Notes: generated from the letters alone by a model not told the origin. 64,000 nt of DNA from Alphaproteobacteria bacterium (GCA_963667785.2 CAXXMU010000006.1:416001-480000); one strand, 5' to 3'. Shown: positions 47,379-58,037, counted from the stretch's first letter. Numbers and translations: made by a program.

Positions 47379-49223
47379 CTAGAGCGCGAGACGCTCCACT
47401 GTCTCGTTGCTGGGAACGCCGTCGTCGGTCCAGCCGCGCACCTCGTAATATTCCGGCAGCATCTTGTCGAGGCCGTTGGTGAGCCCCTCCGCCGGGCCGG
47501 TCTTCGCCGCGTCCTTCAGGAGACGCGCGGGCAGGGTGTCGTCCTTGCCCGTGAAGCCGGCCGCCGTGTTGTACTGCCGCTCCAGGTTCCAGATCCGCTC
47601 GCCGACCTCGAGCAGCCGCTCGGCCGTCCAGTCGCCCTCGCAGGCCGCGTTGACCTGCGGCGCGATGTCGTCGAGCGACCAGGCGAAGGTGGTGAAGACG
47701 CAGAGCCCCGTCGAATCCACCGCCGAGGTCGCGTCCTGGAAGGCCTTGACCAGCCCGGCCTTGCCCTCGGTCACGTGCGGGTCGGTCTTCTCCGGCACGC
47801 CGAGAATCTCGGACGAGACGGTGTAGGCCCGCAGGTGGCAGGCGCCCCGGTTCGCCGTCGCGTACGCGAGCCCCATGCCCTGGATGCCGCGCGAATCGTA
47901 CGCCGGGAACTCCTGGCCCTTGACCGACATGGAGAACTCCGGCTTGCCGTACTTCTCGCACAGCCGCTTGGAGCCGAGGCCGATGTCGGCGCCGAAGCCC
48001 TCGCCCTTGCCGGTGAGCTCGGCGAGGTCGGTCAGCGCCTTGGCGGAGCCGAACTTGCACTCGATGCCGCCGGTCTGCTCGTCGCTTATGGCGCCCTCCT
48101 CGTAGAGCTCCATGGCGGCGCCGACGGTGGCGCCGAAGGAGATCGGGTCGATCCCCTGCTCGTTGCAGATGAAGTTGGCGAAGGTGAGCGCGTCGAGATC
48201 GTCCACGCCGGTGGCCGCGCCCAGCGCCCAGGCCGCCTCGTACTCGAGGCCGCCGGAGGCGACCTGGTACTCAGGCCGCTCGGCCACGGTGTAGTGGGTA
48301 CGCTCGACCGTTGAAATCCGCCCGCAGGCGATGGTGCAGCCGAAGCAGGCGGCGTTGGTCACCAGGTTGGGCTTGCCGTCGGCGCGCGGCTCGGCCATCG
48401 CCTCGGCCGAGATGTTCTTCGCGCCGTCGAACTGCACGTCGCGGTGGTTGTGGGTCGGCAGCGCGCCGACCTCGTTGATGACGTTCATCAGCACCTGGGT
48501 GCCAAAGGCCGGCAGGCCCTGGCCCGTGACCGGGTTCTCGGCGAGGGTCTTCTTGCCGTCCGCGGTCGCCTGCATGAAGCTGCCGACGTCCTCGACGGAG
48601 ACGCCGAGGGTGCCGCGGATCGCGACGGCCTTGAGGTTCTTCGACCCCATCACCGTGCCGACGCCGGAGCGCCCGGCAGCCCGGTGCATGTCGTTCACCA
48701 CGCAGGCGAACTTGACGCCCTGCTCGCCGGCGACGCCGATCGAGGCGACGCGGATCAGCGGATCCTGATGCTTGGCCTTGATCCCCTCCTCGGTATCCCA
48801 GACCGACTTGCCCCAGTACTCGCCGGCGTCAAGCAGCCGGACGTTCTCGTTCTCCACCAGGAGGTAGACCGGCTCAGGCGCGCGGCCCTCGAAGATGATC
48901 ATGTCGTAGCCGGCGTTCTTCATCTCGTTGCCGAAGAAGCCGCCGGAATTCGAGCACGCGATGGCGCCGGTGAGCGCGCCCTTGGTCACGACCGAGTAGC
49001 GTCCGGCCGTGGACGCGCAGGTGCCCGTCAGCGGACCGGTGGTCATGATCATCTTGTTGTCGGGGGAGAGCGGGTCGACCTTGGGGTCGGTCTCCTCGAC
49101 CAGATACTTGGTCGCGAGCCCGCGCTGGCCCAGATACTTCTGGGCCCACTCCATGTTCAACGGCTCGTTCTTGCAGGTGCCCTCGGTGAGGTTGACCCGC
49201 AGTACGTTCCTTGCCCACGCCAT
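47379..49223 (-). CDS. aor: Tungsten-dependent aldehyde oxidoreductase catalytic subunit (AorB-like)
   Basis: YLGQRGL, SNSGGFFG, RAAGRSGVGTVMGSKNLKA, CFGCTIACGR, GGLEYE, DPISFG, RGACH, GLCVF. Confidence 0.95.
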   Translation of the reverse strand: MAWARNVLRVNLTEGTCKNEPLNMEWAQKYLGQRGLATKYLVEETDPKVDPLSPDNKMIMTTGPLTGTCASTAGRYSVVTKGALTGAIACSNSGGFFGNEMKNAGYDMIIFEGRAPEPVYLLVENENVRLLDAGEYWGKSVWDTEEGIKAKHQDPLIRVASIGVAGEQGVKFACVVNDMHRAAGRSGVGTVMGSKNLKAVAIRGTLGVSVEDVGSFMQATADGKKTLAENPVTGQGLPAFGTQVLMNVINEVGALPTHNHRDVQFDGAKNISAEAMAEPRADGKPNLVTNAACFGCTIACGRISTVERTHYTVAERPEYQVASGGLEYEAAWALGAATGVDDLDALTFANFICNEQGIDPISFGATVGAAMELYEEGAISDEQTGGIECKFGSAKALTDLAELTGKGEGFGADIGLGSKRLCEKYGKPEFSMSVKGQEFPAYDSRGIQGMGLAYATANRGACHLRAYTVSSEILGVPEKTDPHVTEGKAGLVKAFQDATSAVDSTGLCVFTTFAWSLDDIAPQVNAACEGDWTAERLLEVGERIWNLERQYNTAAGFTGKDDTLPARLLKDAAKTGPAEGLTNGLDKMLPEYYEVRGWTDDGVPSNETVERLAL

Positions 49224-49235
49224 GACTAGCCCTCC

Positions 49236-49715
49236 CTAGGCCTCGGCCTGCGCGCCGGCGTCGGTCTTGGCCGCCCACTGGCGCATGCGATCGAGGCCGG
49301 TCCAGTTCGCGTCCACATAGGTGATCGCCGCTGTGGGGCAGGCCTTGGCGCACTCCGGATCGCCGCCGCAGAGGTCGCACTTGATCACCTTGCCGGTGGA
49401 GGCGTTGTAGTTCACCGTCCCGAAGGGGCAGGCGATGGTGCACACCTTGCAGCCGACGCAGAGCGCATCGGAGACCACCTTGGCGCCGGTCTCGGCGTCG
49501 AGCGTGATCGCGTCGACCGGGCAAGCCTGCATGCACCAGGCCTCGTCGCACTGGGTGCAGGTGTAGGGGACCATCCGCCCCTGGTCATGGAAGTTGAACA
49601 CCTTGATGCGAGACTTGGCAGGGTTGAACACTCCCTCGTTCACGTGGGAGCACGCCAGCTCGCATTGCAGGCAACCGGTACACTTGTCCGGGTCGATGTG
49701 AAGCGATTTCAGCAC
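49236..49715 (-). CDS. 4Fe-4S electron-transfer subunit (AorA-like)
   Basis: CTGCLQCELAC, CTQCDEAWCMQACP, CVGCKVCTIACP, KCDLC..PECAKACP. Confidence 0.93.
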   Translation of the reverse strand: MLKSLHIDPDKCTGCLQCELACSHVNEGVFNPAKSRIKVFNFHDQGRMVPYTCTQCDEAWCMQACPVDAITLDAETGAKVVSDALCVGCKVCTIACPFGTVNYNASTGKVIKCDLCGGDPECAKACPTAAITYVDANWTGLDRMRQWAAKTDAGAQAEA

Positions 49716-49820
49716 GTTCGTAACCCCCCCTACGCGCCCCTCGGGCGCTCACTGACACTCTGCCTACACTCTACACCACTTGCGGCCCGCCATGCAGCGG
49801 ACAATCTGCGCCCTGATCCC

Positions 49821-50294
49821 CTAGCCCGCCATCGCCTCGGCGCCGGCGGCGATGGCCTTCACGATGTTGTGGTAGCCGGTGCAGCGGCAGAAATTGCCCT
49901 CCAGATAGGCGCGAATCTCCGCCTCGCTGGGGCTTTCGTTCCGCTTCACCAGGTCGAGCGCGCACATCACCATGCCGGGCGTGCAGAAGCCGCACTGCAG
50001 CGCGTGATGCTCCTTGAACGCCGCCTGCATGGGGTGCAGCGTATCGCCGTCCGCCACGCCCTCGATGGTGAGCACGTCGGCACCGTCGGCCTGCACGGCG
50101 AGCATGGTGCAGGCCTTCACGCATTCGCCCCCCACGTGCACGTTGCAGGCGCCGCACTGGCTCGTGTCGCAGCCCACGTGGGTCCCGGTGAGGCCGAGAT
50201 CGTAGCGCAGGAACTCGACGAGCAGCGTGCGGGTCGAGACCTCGCGCGCGACCGCTTCGCCGTTGACGGTCATTTCGACCTGAACCTGGGGCAC
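49821..50294 (-). CDS. (2Fe-2S) subunit of the molybdenum hydroxylase family (CoxS-like)
   Basis: [37 protein letters not shown]; GTG start inferred. Confidence 0.9.
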   Translation of the reverse strand: MPQVQVEMTVNGEAVAREVSTRTLLVEFLRYDLGLTGTHVGCDTSQCGACNVHVGGECVKACTMLAVQADGADVLTIEGVADGDTLHPMQAAFKEHHALQCGFCTPGMVMCALDLVKRNESPSEAEIRAYLEGNFCRCTGYHNIVKAIAAGAEAMAG

Positions 50295-50458
50295 GCCGCC
50301 TCCACCGGCCGGTGATTCACATACGCCGGGGAGAATACCCCCGACCCGCATGGCGGACAAAGCGTTTGTGCCCGCCGCCTGTAGCGCCCGCCGCGCACCG
50401 CCGGTATAGGATGGCGCGCGAACGAGAGACGGGAGAGACGGGTGAGCGGGGCACGGCC

Positions 50459-51997
50459 ATGAACATCGCGGCGCTCCTGACCAAGACCGCCCGGACCCTG
50501 CCCGAGCGGCCGGCGGTATCGCTCGGCGACCGGGTCGCGGTCCGCTACGGCACGCTCCACGCGCGGGCCGGCGCGATCGCCGGCGCGCTGCGCCGGACGC
50601 ACGGGCTCGCGCCCGGCGAGCGGGTGGCGATCGTCATGGCCAACCGGCCGGACTATCTCGAGGCACTGTTCGGCATCTGGTATGCGGGCCTCGTCGCCGT
50701 CCCTGTCAACGCCAAACTGCACCCGCGCGAGGTCGCCTACATCCTGGGCAACGCCGGATGCCGGCTCTGCATCGCCGACGAGGCCCATGCGGACGGGATC
50801 GAGGGCGTGCGCGCCGACCTGCCCGGCCTGGCGCCGCCGGTGATCGCCGGCGCCGACGACTGGCGCGCCATGCTCGGCCACGATCCCGCCGCGCCCGCAG
50901 ACGCCCGGCCCGACGACGCCGCCTGGCTCTTCTACACCAGCGGCACCACCGGCCGGCCCAAGGGGGCGACCATCACCCATCGCAACCTGCTGGTGATGAC
51001 GCTGAGCTACTTCGCCGATCTGAACCGCGTCTCGGCGGACGACTGCGTGCTCCACGCAGCCCCGCTCTCCCACGGCTCCGGCCTCTATGCGCTGCCCTTC
51101 GTCGCCATGGGCGCGGCCAACGTGATCCCGGAGAGCGGCGGCTTCGAGCCGGCGGAGGTGCTGGCCCTGATCGAGCGCCATCCGGGCCTCAGCATGTTCG
51201 CGGCCCCCACCATGGTGGTGCGGCTGCTGGACAGCCCGGCCCTCGGCAGCGCCGATACCGCCAACCTCGACCTCATCATCTATGGCGGCGGCCCGATGTA
51301 CGTCGCCGACGTGGAGCGCGCGCTCGCCGCCTTCGGCCCCAAGCTCGCCCAGATCTACGGCCAGGGCGAAGCGCCCATGACCATCACCGCGCTCTCCCGC
51401 GCGCGCCACGGCGAGAGCGGGCATCCGCGCTACCGCGAGCGCCTGGGCTCCGCCGGGGTCGCCCGCACAGACGTCGAGGTGCGGGTCGTCGACGAGGACG
51501 ACCGGGCGCTGCCGGCGGGCGAGACCGGTGAGATCGTCGTGCGCGGCGACGTGGTGATGAGCGGCTACTGGGAGAACCCGGAGGCCACGACGCAGGCGCT
51601 CAGGGGCGGCTGGCTGCACACCGGCGATGTCGGCCGCTTCGACGAGGACGGCTTCCTCACCCTGCTCGACCGGGCCAAGGACATGATCATCTCCGGTGGA
51701 ACCAACATCTATCCGCGCGAGATCGAGGAGGTGCTGCTGACCGACGAGGCGGTGCGCGAGGCCGCGGTCATCGGCCGCGCACACCCCGAATGGGGCGAGG
51801 AGGTGGTGGCCTTCGTCGTGCCCCACGAGGGCCGGAACGTCACCGCCGAGCGGCTGGACCGCCTCTGCCTGGAGAGCATCGCCCGCTTCAAGCGCCCGCG
51901 CGCCTACCGCATCGTGGACGGCCTGCCCAAGAACAACTACGGCAAGGTGCTCAAGCGCACACTCCGGGACGAGCTGGAAGCGGAGGCCGGGGCGTAG
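50459..51997 (+). CDS. AMP-binding acyl-CoA synthetase/ligase
   Basis: [51 protein letters not shown]. Confidence 0.92.
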   Translation: MNIAALLTKTARTLPERPAVSLGDRVAVRYGTLHARAGAIAGALRRTHGLAPGERVAIVMANRPDYLEALFGIWYAGLVAVPVNAKLHPREVAYILGNAGCRLCIADEAHADGIEGVRADLPGLAPPVIAGADDWRAMLGHDPAAPADARPDDAAWLFYTSGTTGRPKGATITHRNLLVMTLSYFADLNRVSADDCVLHAAPLSHGSGLYALPFVAMGAANVIPESGGFEPAEVLALIERHPGLSMFAAPTMVVRLLDSPALGSADTANLDLIIYGGGPMYVADVERALAAFGPKLAQIYGQGEAPMTITALSRARHGESGHPRYRERLGSAGVARTDVEVRVVDEDDRALPAGETGEIVVRGDVVMSGYWENPEATTQALRGGWLHTGDVGRFDEDGFLTLLDRAKDMIISGGTNIYPREIEEVLLTDEAVREAAVIGRAHPEWGEEVVAFVVPHEGRNVTAERLDRLCLESIARFKRPRAYRIVDGLPKNNYGKVLKRTLRDELEAEAGA

Positions 51998-52007
51998 TCG
52001 CGCGGCT

Positions 52008-53339
52008 TCAGCCCGGCGCGTAGGGGTTCTTGCCCGCGCGCAGCAGCAGGCGGATGGGCACGCCGGCAAGGCCGAACTCGGCGCCGATCCCGTTCGCCAG
52101 GTAGCGGCGATAGCTCTCCGGCAGCGCCGACGGCTTGCTGACGAAGAGGGCGAAGGTCGGCGGCCGGGCCTTCACCTGGGTGATGTAGCGGAGCTTCAGC
52201 CTGCGGCCTGCCGCGAGCGGCGGCGGATGGTGCTCGACGGCCGCCTCCAGCCAGCGGTTGAGCCGGGCAGTGGGCACGCGGCGGTTCCAGGTGTCGAAGG
52301 CCGCGAACACCGCCGGCATGACCCGTTCCGTGCCCGCGCCGGTGAGGGCCGAGCAGGTCACGACCGGAACCCCCTTCACCTGCGCCAGCGCATTCTCGAG
52401 CCGGTCGTCGAGGGCGGCGCGCACGGCCTTGCGGTCCCGCACCAGGTCCCACTTGTTGAGCAGGATGAGCGGGGCACGCCCCTCCTCGGCCACCCGGGCG
52501 GCGATCGTCATGTCCTGGCGGCCGGAGGGCTCGGCCGCGTCGAGCACGACCAGGACCACCGCCGCCTGGCCCAGCGCCCGCTCGGCGTCCCGCGCCGACA
52601 GCTTGTCGAGCGAGGCCGTGGTCCTGGCGCGGCGGCGCAGGCCGGCGGTGTCAACCAGCTCGATGGCGCGGCCCTCGCAGGACCAGCGCACGGCGATCGA
52701 ATCGCGGGTGAGGCCCGGCTCCGCGCCGGTGATGACCCGCGCCGCGCCGACCAGCCGGTTGAGCAGCGTCGACTTGCCGACGTTGGGCCGGCCGACGATG
52801 GCGAGCCTGAGCACGTCGTCGGCCGCGGCCTCGGGCGAGGCCTCGTCGGGCTCGAAGGGGCTGAGCGCATCGTGGAGATCAGCCATGCCGTCGCCGTGCT
52901 CGGCCGAGATCGGGATCGGCTCGCCGAGGCCCAGCGCATGGCTCTCAGCGATGCCGCCCTCGGCAGCGGCGCCCTCGCACTTGTTGACGGCGAGGATCAC
53001 CGGCAGCCGCAGCCGCCGCAGTTGCCGGGCGAAGAACGCGTCGGCGGGCGTCACGCCGGCGCGGCCGTCGATCAGCAGCAGGGCGACGTCGGCCTCGGCC
53101 AGCGCACGCTCCGTCTGTGCCATCATGCGGCCCTCGAGGGTCTCCGGGGCGGCTTCCTCGAGGCCGGCGGTGTCGATGGCGCGGAACCTGAGCGGGCCGA
53201 TCCGTGCCCAGCCCTCGCGGCGGTCCCGGGTCACGCCGGGCGTGGGCGCCACCAGGGCGGCGCGCCGGCCGACGAGCCGGTTGAAGAGCGTCGACTTGCC
53301 GACGTTGGGACGGCCCACGATGGCGACGGTGAAGCCCAC
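52008..53339 (-). CDS. der: Ribosome biogenesis GTPase Der (EngA)
   Basis: Two GRPNVGKST G-domains, DTAG x2, C-terminal KH-like RPPTF. Confidence 0.96.
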   Translation of the reverse strand: MGFTVAIVGRPNVGKSTLFNRLVGRRAALVAPTPGVTRDRREGWARIGPLRFRAIDTAGLEEAAPETLEGRMMAQTERALAEADVALLLIDGRAGVTPADAFFARQLRRLRLPVILAVNKCEGAAAEGGIAESHALGLGEPIPISAEHGDGMADLHDALSPFEPDEASPEAAADDVLRLAIVGRPNVGKSTLLNRLVGAARVITGAEPGLTRDSIAVRWSCEGRAIELVDTAGLRRRARTTASLDKLSARDAERALGQAAVVLVVLDAAEPSGRQDMTIAARVAEEGRAPLILLNKWDLVRDRKAVRAALDDRLENALAQVKGVPVVTCSALTGAGTERVMPAVFAAFDTWNRRVPTARLNRWLEAAVEHHPPPLAAGRRLKLRYITQVKARPPTFALFVSKPSALPESYRRYLANGIGAEFGLAGVPIRLLLRAGKNPYAPG

Positions 53340-53348
53340 GGGCCCGCC

Positions 53349-54704
53349 TCAGCGCAGGGCGATCAGTTCCGCGCGGTCGGTCAGGATGTAGAGCGTCCCG
53401 TCGGCGACCACCGGCGGCACGCGGACCGGGCCCCGGGCCGCATGCTCCCCCAGCCGCCGGCCGTCGTAGGGCGAGACCGACAGCACCCTGCCGTCGGAGC
53501 CGGCGACCACCAGCCGGTCGCCGACGAGCACGGGGCCGGTCCAGAAGATCGCGTCCTCCCGGTCGTCGGGATCGCGGAAGCGCGGCAGCGCCTGCACCCA
53601 GACGATACCGCCGCTCTGCCGCTCGATACAGACCAGCTCGCCGTCGGCGCTCAGCACGAACAGGAAGTCGCCGGCGACCCACGGGGTATCGAGACCGGCG
53701 ATCTCCCGCTCCCAGGCGCGGCGGCCGCTTCTCAGGTCGATGGCGACCAGGCGCCCGCCATGGCCGATCGCGAACACGATGCCCCGGTCGATCACGGGGC
53801 TGCCGTTGATGTCGTTGAAGGTCGCGATCGCGCCCACCCGGATGCCCTGGACGGCGAGGATGTCCGCCCAGACCGTGCGGCCGTTCTCCACCCTGAGCGC
53901 GGTCAGCTCGCCCGACGAGAAGGGAGCGATGACGATGCCGCCGTCCACCGCCGGGCTCGCGCCTCCGAGCAGGCCTGCGTTCTCCACGATCCCGCCGTGG
54001 CTCCACTGCACGGCGCCGGTGGCGGCATCCAGCACCGTGATCCGGTTGTCGTGGCTGATGACGAAGACGCGGCCGCCGGAGACCGCAGGCGGCGCGCGGA
54101 CGGGAACGCCGATCGCGTGGCGCCACATGACCGCCCCGGTCGCAGCCTCCAGTGCCACGACGCTGCCGAGGCCGGTGGTCACGAAGAGGGTCTCGCCCGC
54201 CACCGCCAGGCCGCCGCCGAAGCCGCCCTCCTCATCCCCGCCGGCAAGCGGCCGGGCGGTCCAGAGACGCGCGCCGGTCTTCGCGTCGAAGGCCGCGATC
54301 AGGCTCGTCGAATCCATGGTGAAGACGCGGCCGCCGGCGATCACCGGCGGCGTCAGCAGAGGCCCCTCATCGTCGATGGGGCTGCCGATATCGACCCGCC
54401 AGCTCTCGGCGAGCGCATCGGCCGAGGCGAGGTGGTGCATGGCGTGGCTGGGATTGCCGCCGGCCTGCGGCCAGTCCTCGTTCAGGGTGGGCGCGGGCAG
54501 GCGCACCGTGATCCCGGCAGTCTCGGGGTCCGGCTCGAGCGCGCGGTCGAGCAGGATCACCGAGAGCCGCTCGCCCTCCAGCTCCGACGGCTCGCTGCCG
54601 CCGAACAGGTCCGAGACAGTGTCGCAGCCGGCGAGGCCGAAGGAGAGGCAGAGGCCCGTCAGGGCAATGCCGCGCGCGACCGCCGGCAGAAAGGCGCCGC
54701 TCAT
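53349..54704 (-). CDS. PQQ-like beta-propeller lipoprotein (BamB-like)
   Basis: Lipobox LAGC, repeated A.DA.TG..W blades; located between yfgM and der. Confidence 0.85.
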   Translation of the reverse strand: MSGAFLPAVARGIALTGLCLSFGLAGCDTVSDLFGGSEPSELEGERLSVILLDRALEPDPETAGITVRLPAPTLNEDWPQAGGNPSHAMHHLASADALAESWRVDIGSPIDDEGPLLTPPVIAGGRVFTMDSTSLIAAFDAKTGARLWTARPLAGGDEEGGFGGGLAVAGETLFVTTGLGSVVALEAATGAVMWRHAIGVPVRAPPAVSGGRVFVISHDNRITVLDAATGAVQWSHGGIVENAGLLGGASPAVDGGIVIAPFSSGELTALRVENGRTVWADILAVQGIRVGAIATFNDINGSPVIDRGIVFAIGHGGRLVAIDLRSGRRAWEREIAGLDTPWVAGDFLFVLSADGELVCIERQSGGIVWVQALPRFRDPDDREDAIFWTGPVLVGDRLVVAGSDGRVLSVSPYDGRRLGEHAARGPVRVPPVVADGTLYILTDRAELIALR

Positions 54705-55450
54705 TCCGCCGCGTCGCCGGGCGCCGTGTCGGTCTCTGCGTCGGACGCGCCGGCCGCGTCGTCGTTCCAGGCCGCGTCGGCGCCGCCGGCCATCGCCTCC
54801 TCGAGATTGCCGCCGAGGCTCAGCAGCAGCTCCGCCGCCCGCTGGCGCTGGCTGAACGGCGCGGCCGGATCGCGCACCAGCTCGGCGAAGGCGGCCCGCG
54901 CCGCGGCGTCGTTGCCGGCGCGCATCTCGGCGAGCGCGGCGAGCTCGACCGCAAGCGGCCGCCAGGGGGAGCCGCCGGCGAGCAGGGGAGCGAGCCGCTG
55001 GTTGATTTCCGCCACCTGCGCTCGGTCGACCAGCCGCTGCGCCGCCAGCAGGACCGCGAGATCGCGGTAGAGCGGGTCGAGCCGGCTGTCGCCGGCCATG
55101 ATGTCATAGGTATGCACGGCGCCGCTGACGTCTCCGCGCCGGGCACGGGCGTCGGCCTCGGCGAGCCGGGCGAGCGCGGCGTAACCGGTCTCGGAATCGG
55201 CGGCCAACGCGGCGAGGCGCTCCACCGCCTCCGAGCCGCGGCCGGCCTCGATGCCTGCGATCGCGGCGGCGAACTGCCGCCCCTCGGCCTCGCGGGCGCT
55301 TTCCCGGGCGTTGTCGATCAGGACGAAGGCGACCGCGACGCCGAGCGCCGCCACGCCGACGCCGAGCAGCCAGTAGCGCCAGCGCCGCCACAGCTTGAGA
55401 TAGCGCTCGTGCCGAAGGTCCTCGTCGACCTCTCGGAAGATGTCCGCCAC
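54701..55450 (-). CDS. YfgM-like membrane-anchored TPR protein
   Basis: DIFREVDEDLRHER..LW, one TM segment, GYAALARL. Confidence 0.85.
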   Translation of the reverse strand: MADIFREVDEDLRHERYLKLWRRWRYWLLGVGVAALGVAVAFVLIDNARESAREAEGRQFAAAIAGIEAGRGSEAVERLAALAADSETGYAALARLAEADARARRGDVSGAVHTYDIMAGDSRLDPLYRDLAVLLAAQRLVDRAQVAEINQRLAPLLAGGSPWRPLAVELAALAEMRAGNDAAARAAFAELVRDPAAPFSQRQRAAELLLSLGGNLEEAMAGGADAAWNDDAAGASDAETDTAPGDAAE

Positions 55451-55508
55451 CGCCCGCGCCTCCGTGAGCGTCGCTGCCCTGCCGGCCCGTCCCGAGGGGG
55501 GACCTGGC

Positions 55509-56072
55509 TCAGGCGGCCTCGCGCCACTTGATCGAGCAGCCCATCGACGGCAGCTGCTCCTCGGGCCCGCTCCCGGTCTCGGCGATGCGGAGCATGGCCT
55601 CGTAGAGCTCGCGCCTCGCGCCGGGCACCGGCTCCATCCGGGAGGCGTCCAGCCGGCCCCGGTACTGCAGGCCGAGCGCGCCGTCGAAGCCGAAGAAGTC
55701 CGGCGTGCACACCGCGTCGTAGGCGCGCGCCGTCGCCTGGGTCGGGTCGATGAGGTAGGGGAAGCCGAACCCGTTCTCGGCGGCGAAGAGCGTCATGTTC
55801 TCGAAGGAATCGGCGGGATAGGCGTCGGTATCGTTGGGCATGATCGCCACCGCGCCGACGCCCTGGCGGGCGAGCTCGTCCACGTCGCGCACGATACGGT
55901 CGATGACGGCCTTCACGAACGGACAATGATTGCAGAGGAACATCACCAGAGTGGCCCGCTCGCCGCGGCAGTCCTCCAGCGTGTAGCTCTTTCCGCCGGT
56001 TCCCTCGAGCCTGAAGTCGGGCGCCTTCCAGCCGACATCGCAGAGGGGGGTGGTCATCGCCGCCATGGGCAC
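55509..56072 (-). CDS. Thioredoxin/AhpC-TSA family protein
   Basis: APDF.L, FLCNHCPFV, YPADSFENM, AVCTPDFF, YRGRLD, SMGCSIKW. Confidence 0.9.
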   Translation of the reverse strand: MPMAAMTTPLCDVGWKAPDFRLEGTGGKSYTLEDCRGERATLVMFLCNHCPFVKAVIDRIVRDVDELARQGVGAVAIMPNDTDAYPADSFENMTLFAAENGFGFPYLIDPTQATARAYDAVCTPDFFGFDGALGLQYRGRLDASRMEPVPGARRELYEAMLRIAETGSGPEEQLPSMGCSIKWREAA

Positions 56073-56185
56073 TGTCTCCCTGCCGCGGCCGGACGCCGCG
56101 CGATCGCACGTTCAGGACAATGGTGTAGGATCACAAACATCGCCCGAAAACGCAACGAGGCGGACGCGACGACAGGGCAACGACC

Positions 56186-56536
56186 ATGAGCGAGCGCATA
56201 GGACGGTACCGGGACTTCTGGCCCTTCTACGTGGGCGAGCACAGCCGGCGCTGGACCCGCCGGATGCACTTCGTCGGCACCACGGGCGCCGTCGCCTTGG
56301 TGGTCGCCGCCGCCGCCCTGCGCGAGCCGTTGCTGCTGCCGGCCGCGCTCGTCTGCGGCTACTTCTTCGCCTGGCTCAGCCACCTCCTGATCGAGCGCAA
56401 CCGGCCGGCGACCTTCACCTATCCGCTGTTCAGCCTGGCCGGCGACTTCCACATGTGGGCGCTGATGTGGCAGGGCCGCATGGACGCAGAGGCGGAGCGG
56501 GTGGCCGCCGCCAAGCCCGAGGCGCCGACGCCCTAG
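56186..56536 (+). CDS. DUF962 family membrane protein
   Basis: FWPFYVGEHS..TRRMHFVGT, GYFFAWLSH..IERNRPATFTYP. Confidence 0.85.
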   Translation: MSERIGRYRDFWPFYVGEHSRRWTRRMHFVGTTGAVALVVAAAALREPLLLPAALVCGYFFAWLSHLLIERNRPATFTYPLFSLAGDFHMWALMWQGRMDAEAERVAAAKPEAPTP

Positions 56537-56569
56537 AGGCGGCGCCGGCGCAGCACAGGGCGCGTGTGT

Positions 56570-56995
56570 TCAGGCCGCGTCGGAGCGCGGCTTCGCCGCC
56601 ACGTAGGCCCGCCTGTAGTGCTCCAGGCAATAGGGCTTGCCGAGGAGCGCGCGCTCCCCACAGAAGTGGAAGTGCGGCTCGTCGGGATGGCCGATGGGCC
56701 ACTTGCACGCCGTGTTGCCGACGGCGATTGGCGGCGCAGGCGCCCGCGGCCGGACCTGCGGCAGGACCGAGACCGACGCCGGAGCCCGCTTCGGCGCGCC
56801 CGGCGCCCGGGTCGTCCTCTGAACGCTCTTGCCATGCCTGATCGGCGACGGGCGCGGCGGAAGCTGCAGTCGGTGGGCCTTGCCGACGACGGCATTCTTG
56901 GACATGCCGATGGCGCGTCCGATCTCGGCGGTCGTGAGTCCCTCGTTCCACAGCCGGGTCACGGCGGCGATCCGTTCCGGTGTCCAGGTTGTCAT
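56570..56995 (-). CDS. gcrA: GcrA family cell-cycle regulator
   Basis: WTPERI..LWNEGL..AEIG..SKNAVVGKAHRL; CKWPIGHP..FHFCG..GKPYCLEH; GGAGG RBS. Confidence 0.9.
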   Translation of the reverse strand: MTTWTPERIAAVTRLWNEGLTTAEIGRAIGMSKNAVVGKAHRLQLPPRPSPIRHGKSVQRTTRAPGAPKRAPASVSVLPQVRPRAPAPPIAVGNTACKWPIGHPDEPHFHFCGERALLGKPYCLEHYRRAYVAAKPRSDAA

Positions 56996-57076
56996 AACCG
57001 TACCTCCGTCCGGTGCCGGGCATGCACCCCTTGACAGTGTCATTCAAAATCTAGAGATGCCCTGTCCCAAAACCGC

Positions 57077-57104
57077 AATATACAGTAGCACCCACGAAAT
57101 GCAA
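57077..57104 (-). promoter_or_regulatory. Putative sigma70 promoter of gcrA
   Basis: Minus strand TTGCAT-N16-TATATT in an AT-richer intergenic patch. Confidence 0.4.
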
Positions 57105-57353
57105 GCCGGGCCTGGCAACCGTTGGCCCCCGTGCCGGACCGGCCGCAGCGCCGGACGGACGGGCCGGGAGGCGGACAGGCTCTTGCGCGGTGGCCGGCTC
57201 TTGGGCTAACTGTCCGTATCTGGGACAAAAAAGAAGAAGGGTCGTCCCGCGGTTTGGGGGGATTGGTGAGAGAGGCGCCGCTTCACGAATGCGCGCCGGG
57301 CGCGCCGCCGGCAGGACTCGCCGTGTCGGGCGCCGGCTGAAGCGGGGGGCAAG

Positions 57354-58037
57354 GTGAGCCTCTTCCGCCGCCGCGAGAAGCTGAGCCCGTGGGCGCGCGT
57401 CCAGGGCTTTCTCTGGCCGCGCATGGGCTGGGGCCGCGCCCTCAGGTTCTGGACCTTCAGGCTCAAGCGGCTGCAGGGCTCGCCCTATGCCATCGCCTGC
57501 GGCTTCGCCTGCGGGGCGGCGGTCTCGTTCACGCCCTTCATCGGCTTCCACTTCATCCTTGCCGCGGTGCTCGCCTGGGCGCTGCGCGGCAATGTCATCG
57601 CGTCGGCGATCGGCACCGCCGTGGGCAATCCGTGGACCTTCCCCTTCATCTGGGCCGGCATCCTCTGGATCGGCACCTGGATCCTCGGCTACGAGCGCGG
57701 CCAGGAGCTGCCGGAGGAAGTCACCTTCGGCACCATCTTCGAGGAGCCGGGGACGGTGCTGCTGCCGATGCTCGTGGGCGGGCTGCCGGTGGCGACGCTG
57801 GTGTGGCTGCTCTTCTTCTTCCCGATCCGCCGGGTGGTCGCCAACTACCAGCACCACCGCATGACCAGGCGCCTGCGCCGCCGGCGGGCGCTCGACGAGG
57901 AGAAGCGCTCCAGGCTCGAGGCGGCGCAGGCGGAGGACGACATCACCATTCCCGATGTCGCGCCCGCGCAAGGGGCCGAGCCGGTCGCCGCCAACGTGAC
58001 CCACCTCGACCAGGTGTACGTCGACCGCGGCCGATGA
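57354..58037 (+). CDS. DUF2062 family membrane protein
   Basis: [40 protein letters not shown]. Confidence 0.85.
   Translation: MSLFRRREKLSPWARVQGFLWPRMGWGRALRFWTFRLKRLQGSPYAIACGFACGAAVSFTPFIGFHFILAAVLAWALRGNVIASAIGTAVGNPWTFPFIWAGILWIGTWILGYERGQELPEEVTFGTIFEEPGTVLLPMLVGGLPVATLVWLLFFFPIRRVVANYQHHRMTRRLRRRRALDEEKRSRLEAAQAEDDITIPDVAPAQGAEPVAANVTHLDQVYVDRGR

Noticed and set aside
47379-47386. CTAGAGC at the aorB stop as a fourth MITE end
   Set aside because: Similarity stops after 7 bp and the bases are simply the codons for ...Ala-Leu-stop.
49821-50294. Aerobic CO dehydrogenase
   Set aside because: Only the small subunit is present; without coxL and its active-site motif, CO oxidation cannot be inferred.
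18854-57104. All three predicted sigma70 promoters have 16 bp spacers
   Set aside because: The three were picked by eye and 16 bp is within the normal range, so there is no support without TSS data.
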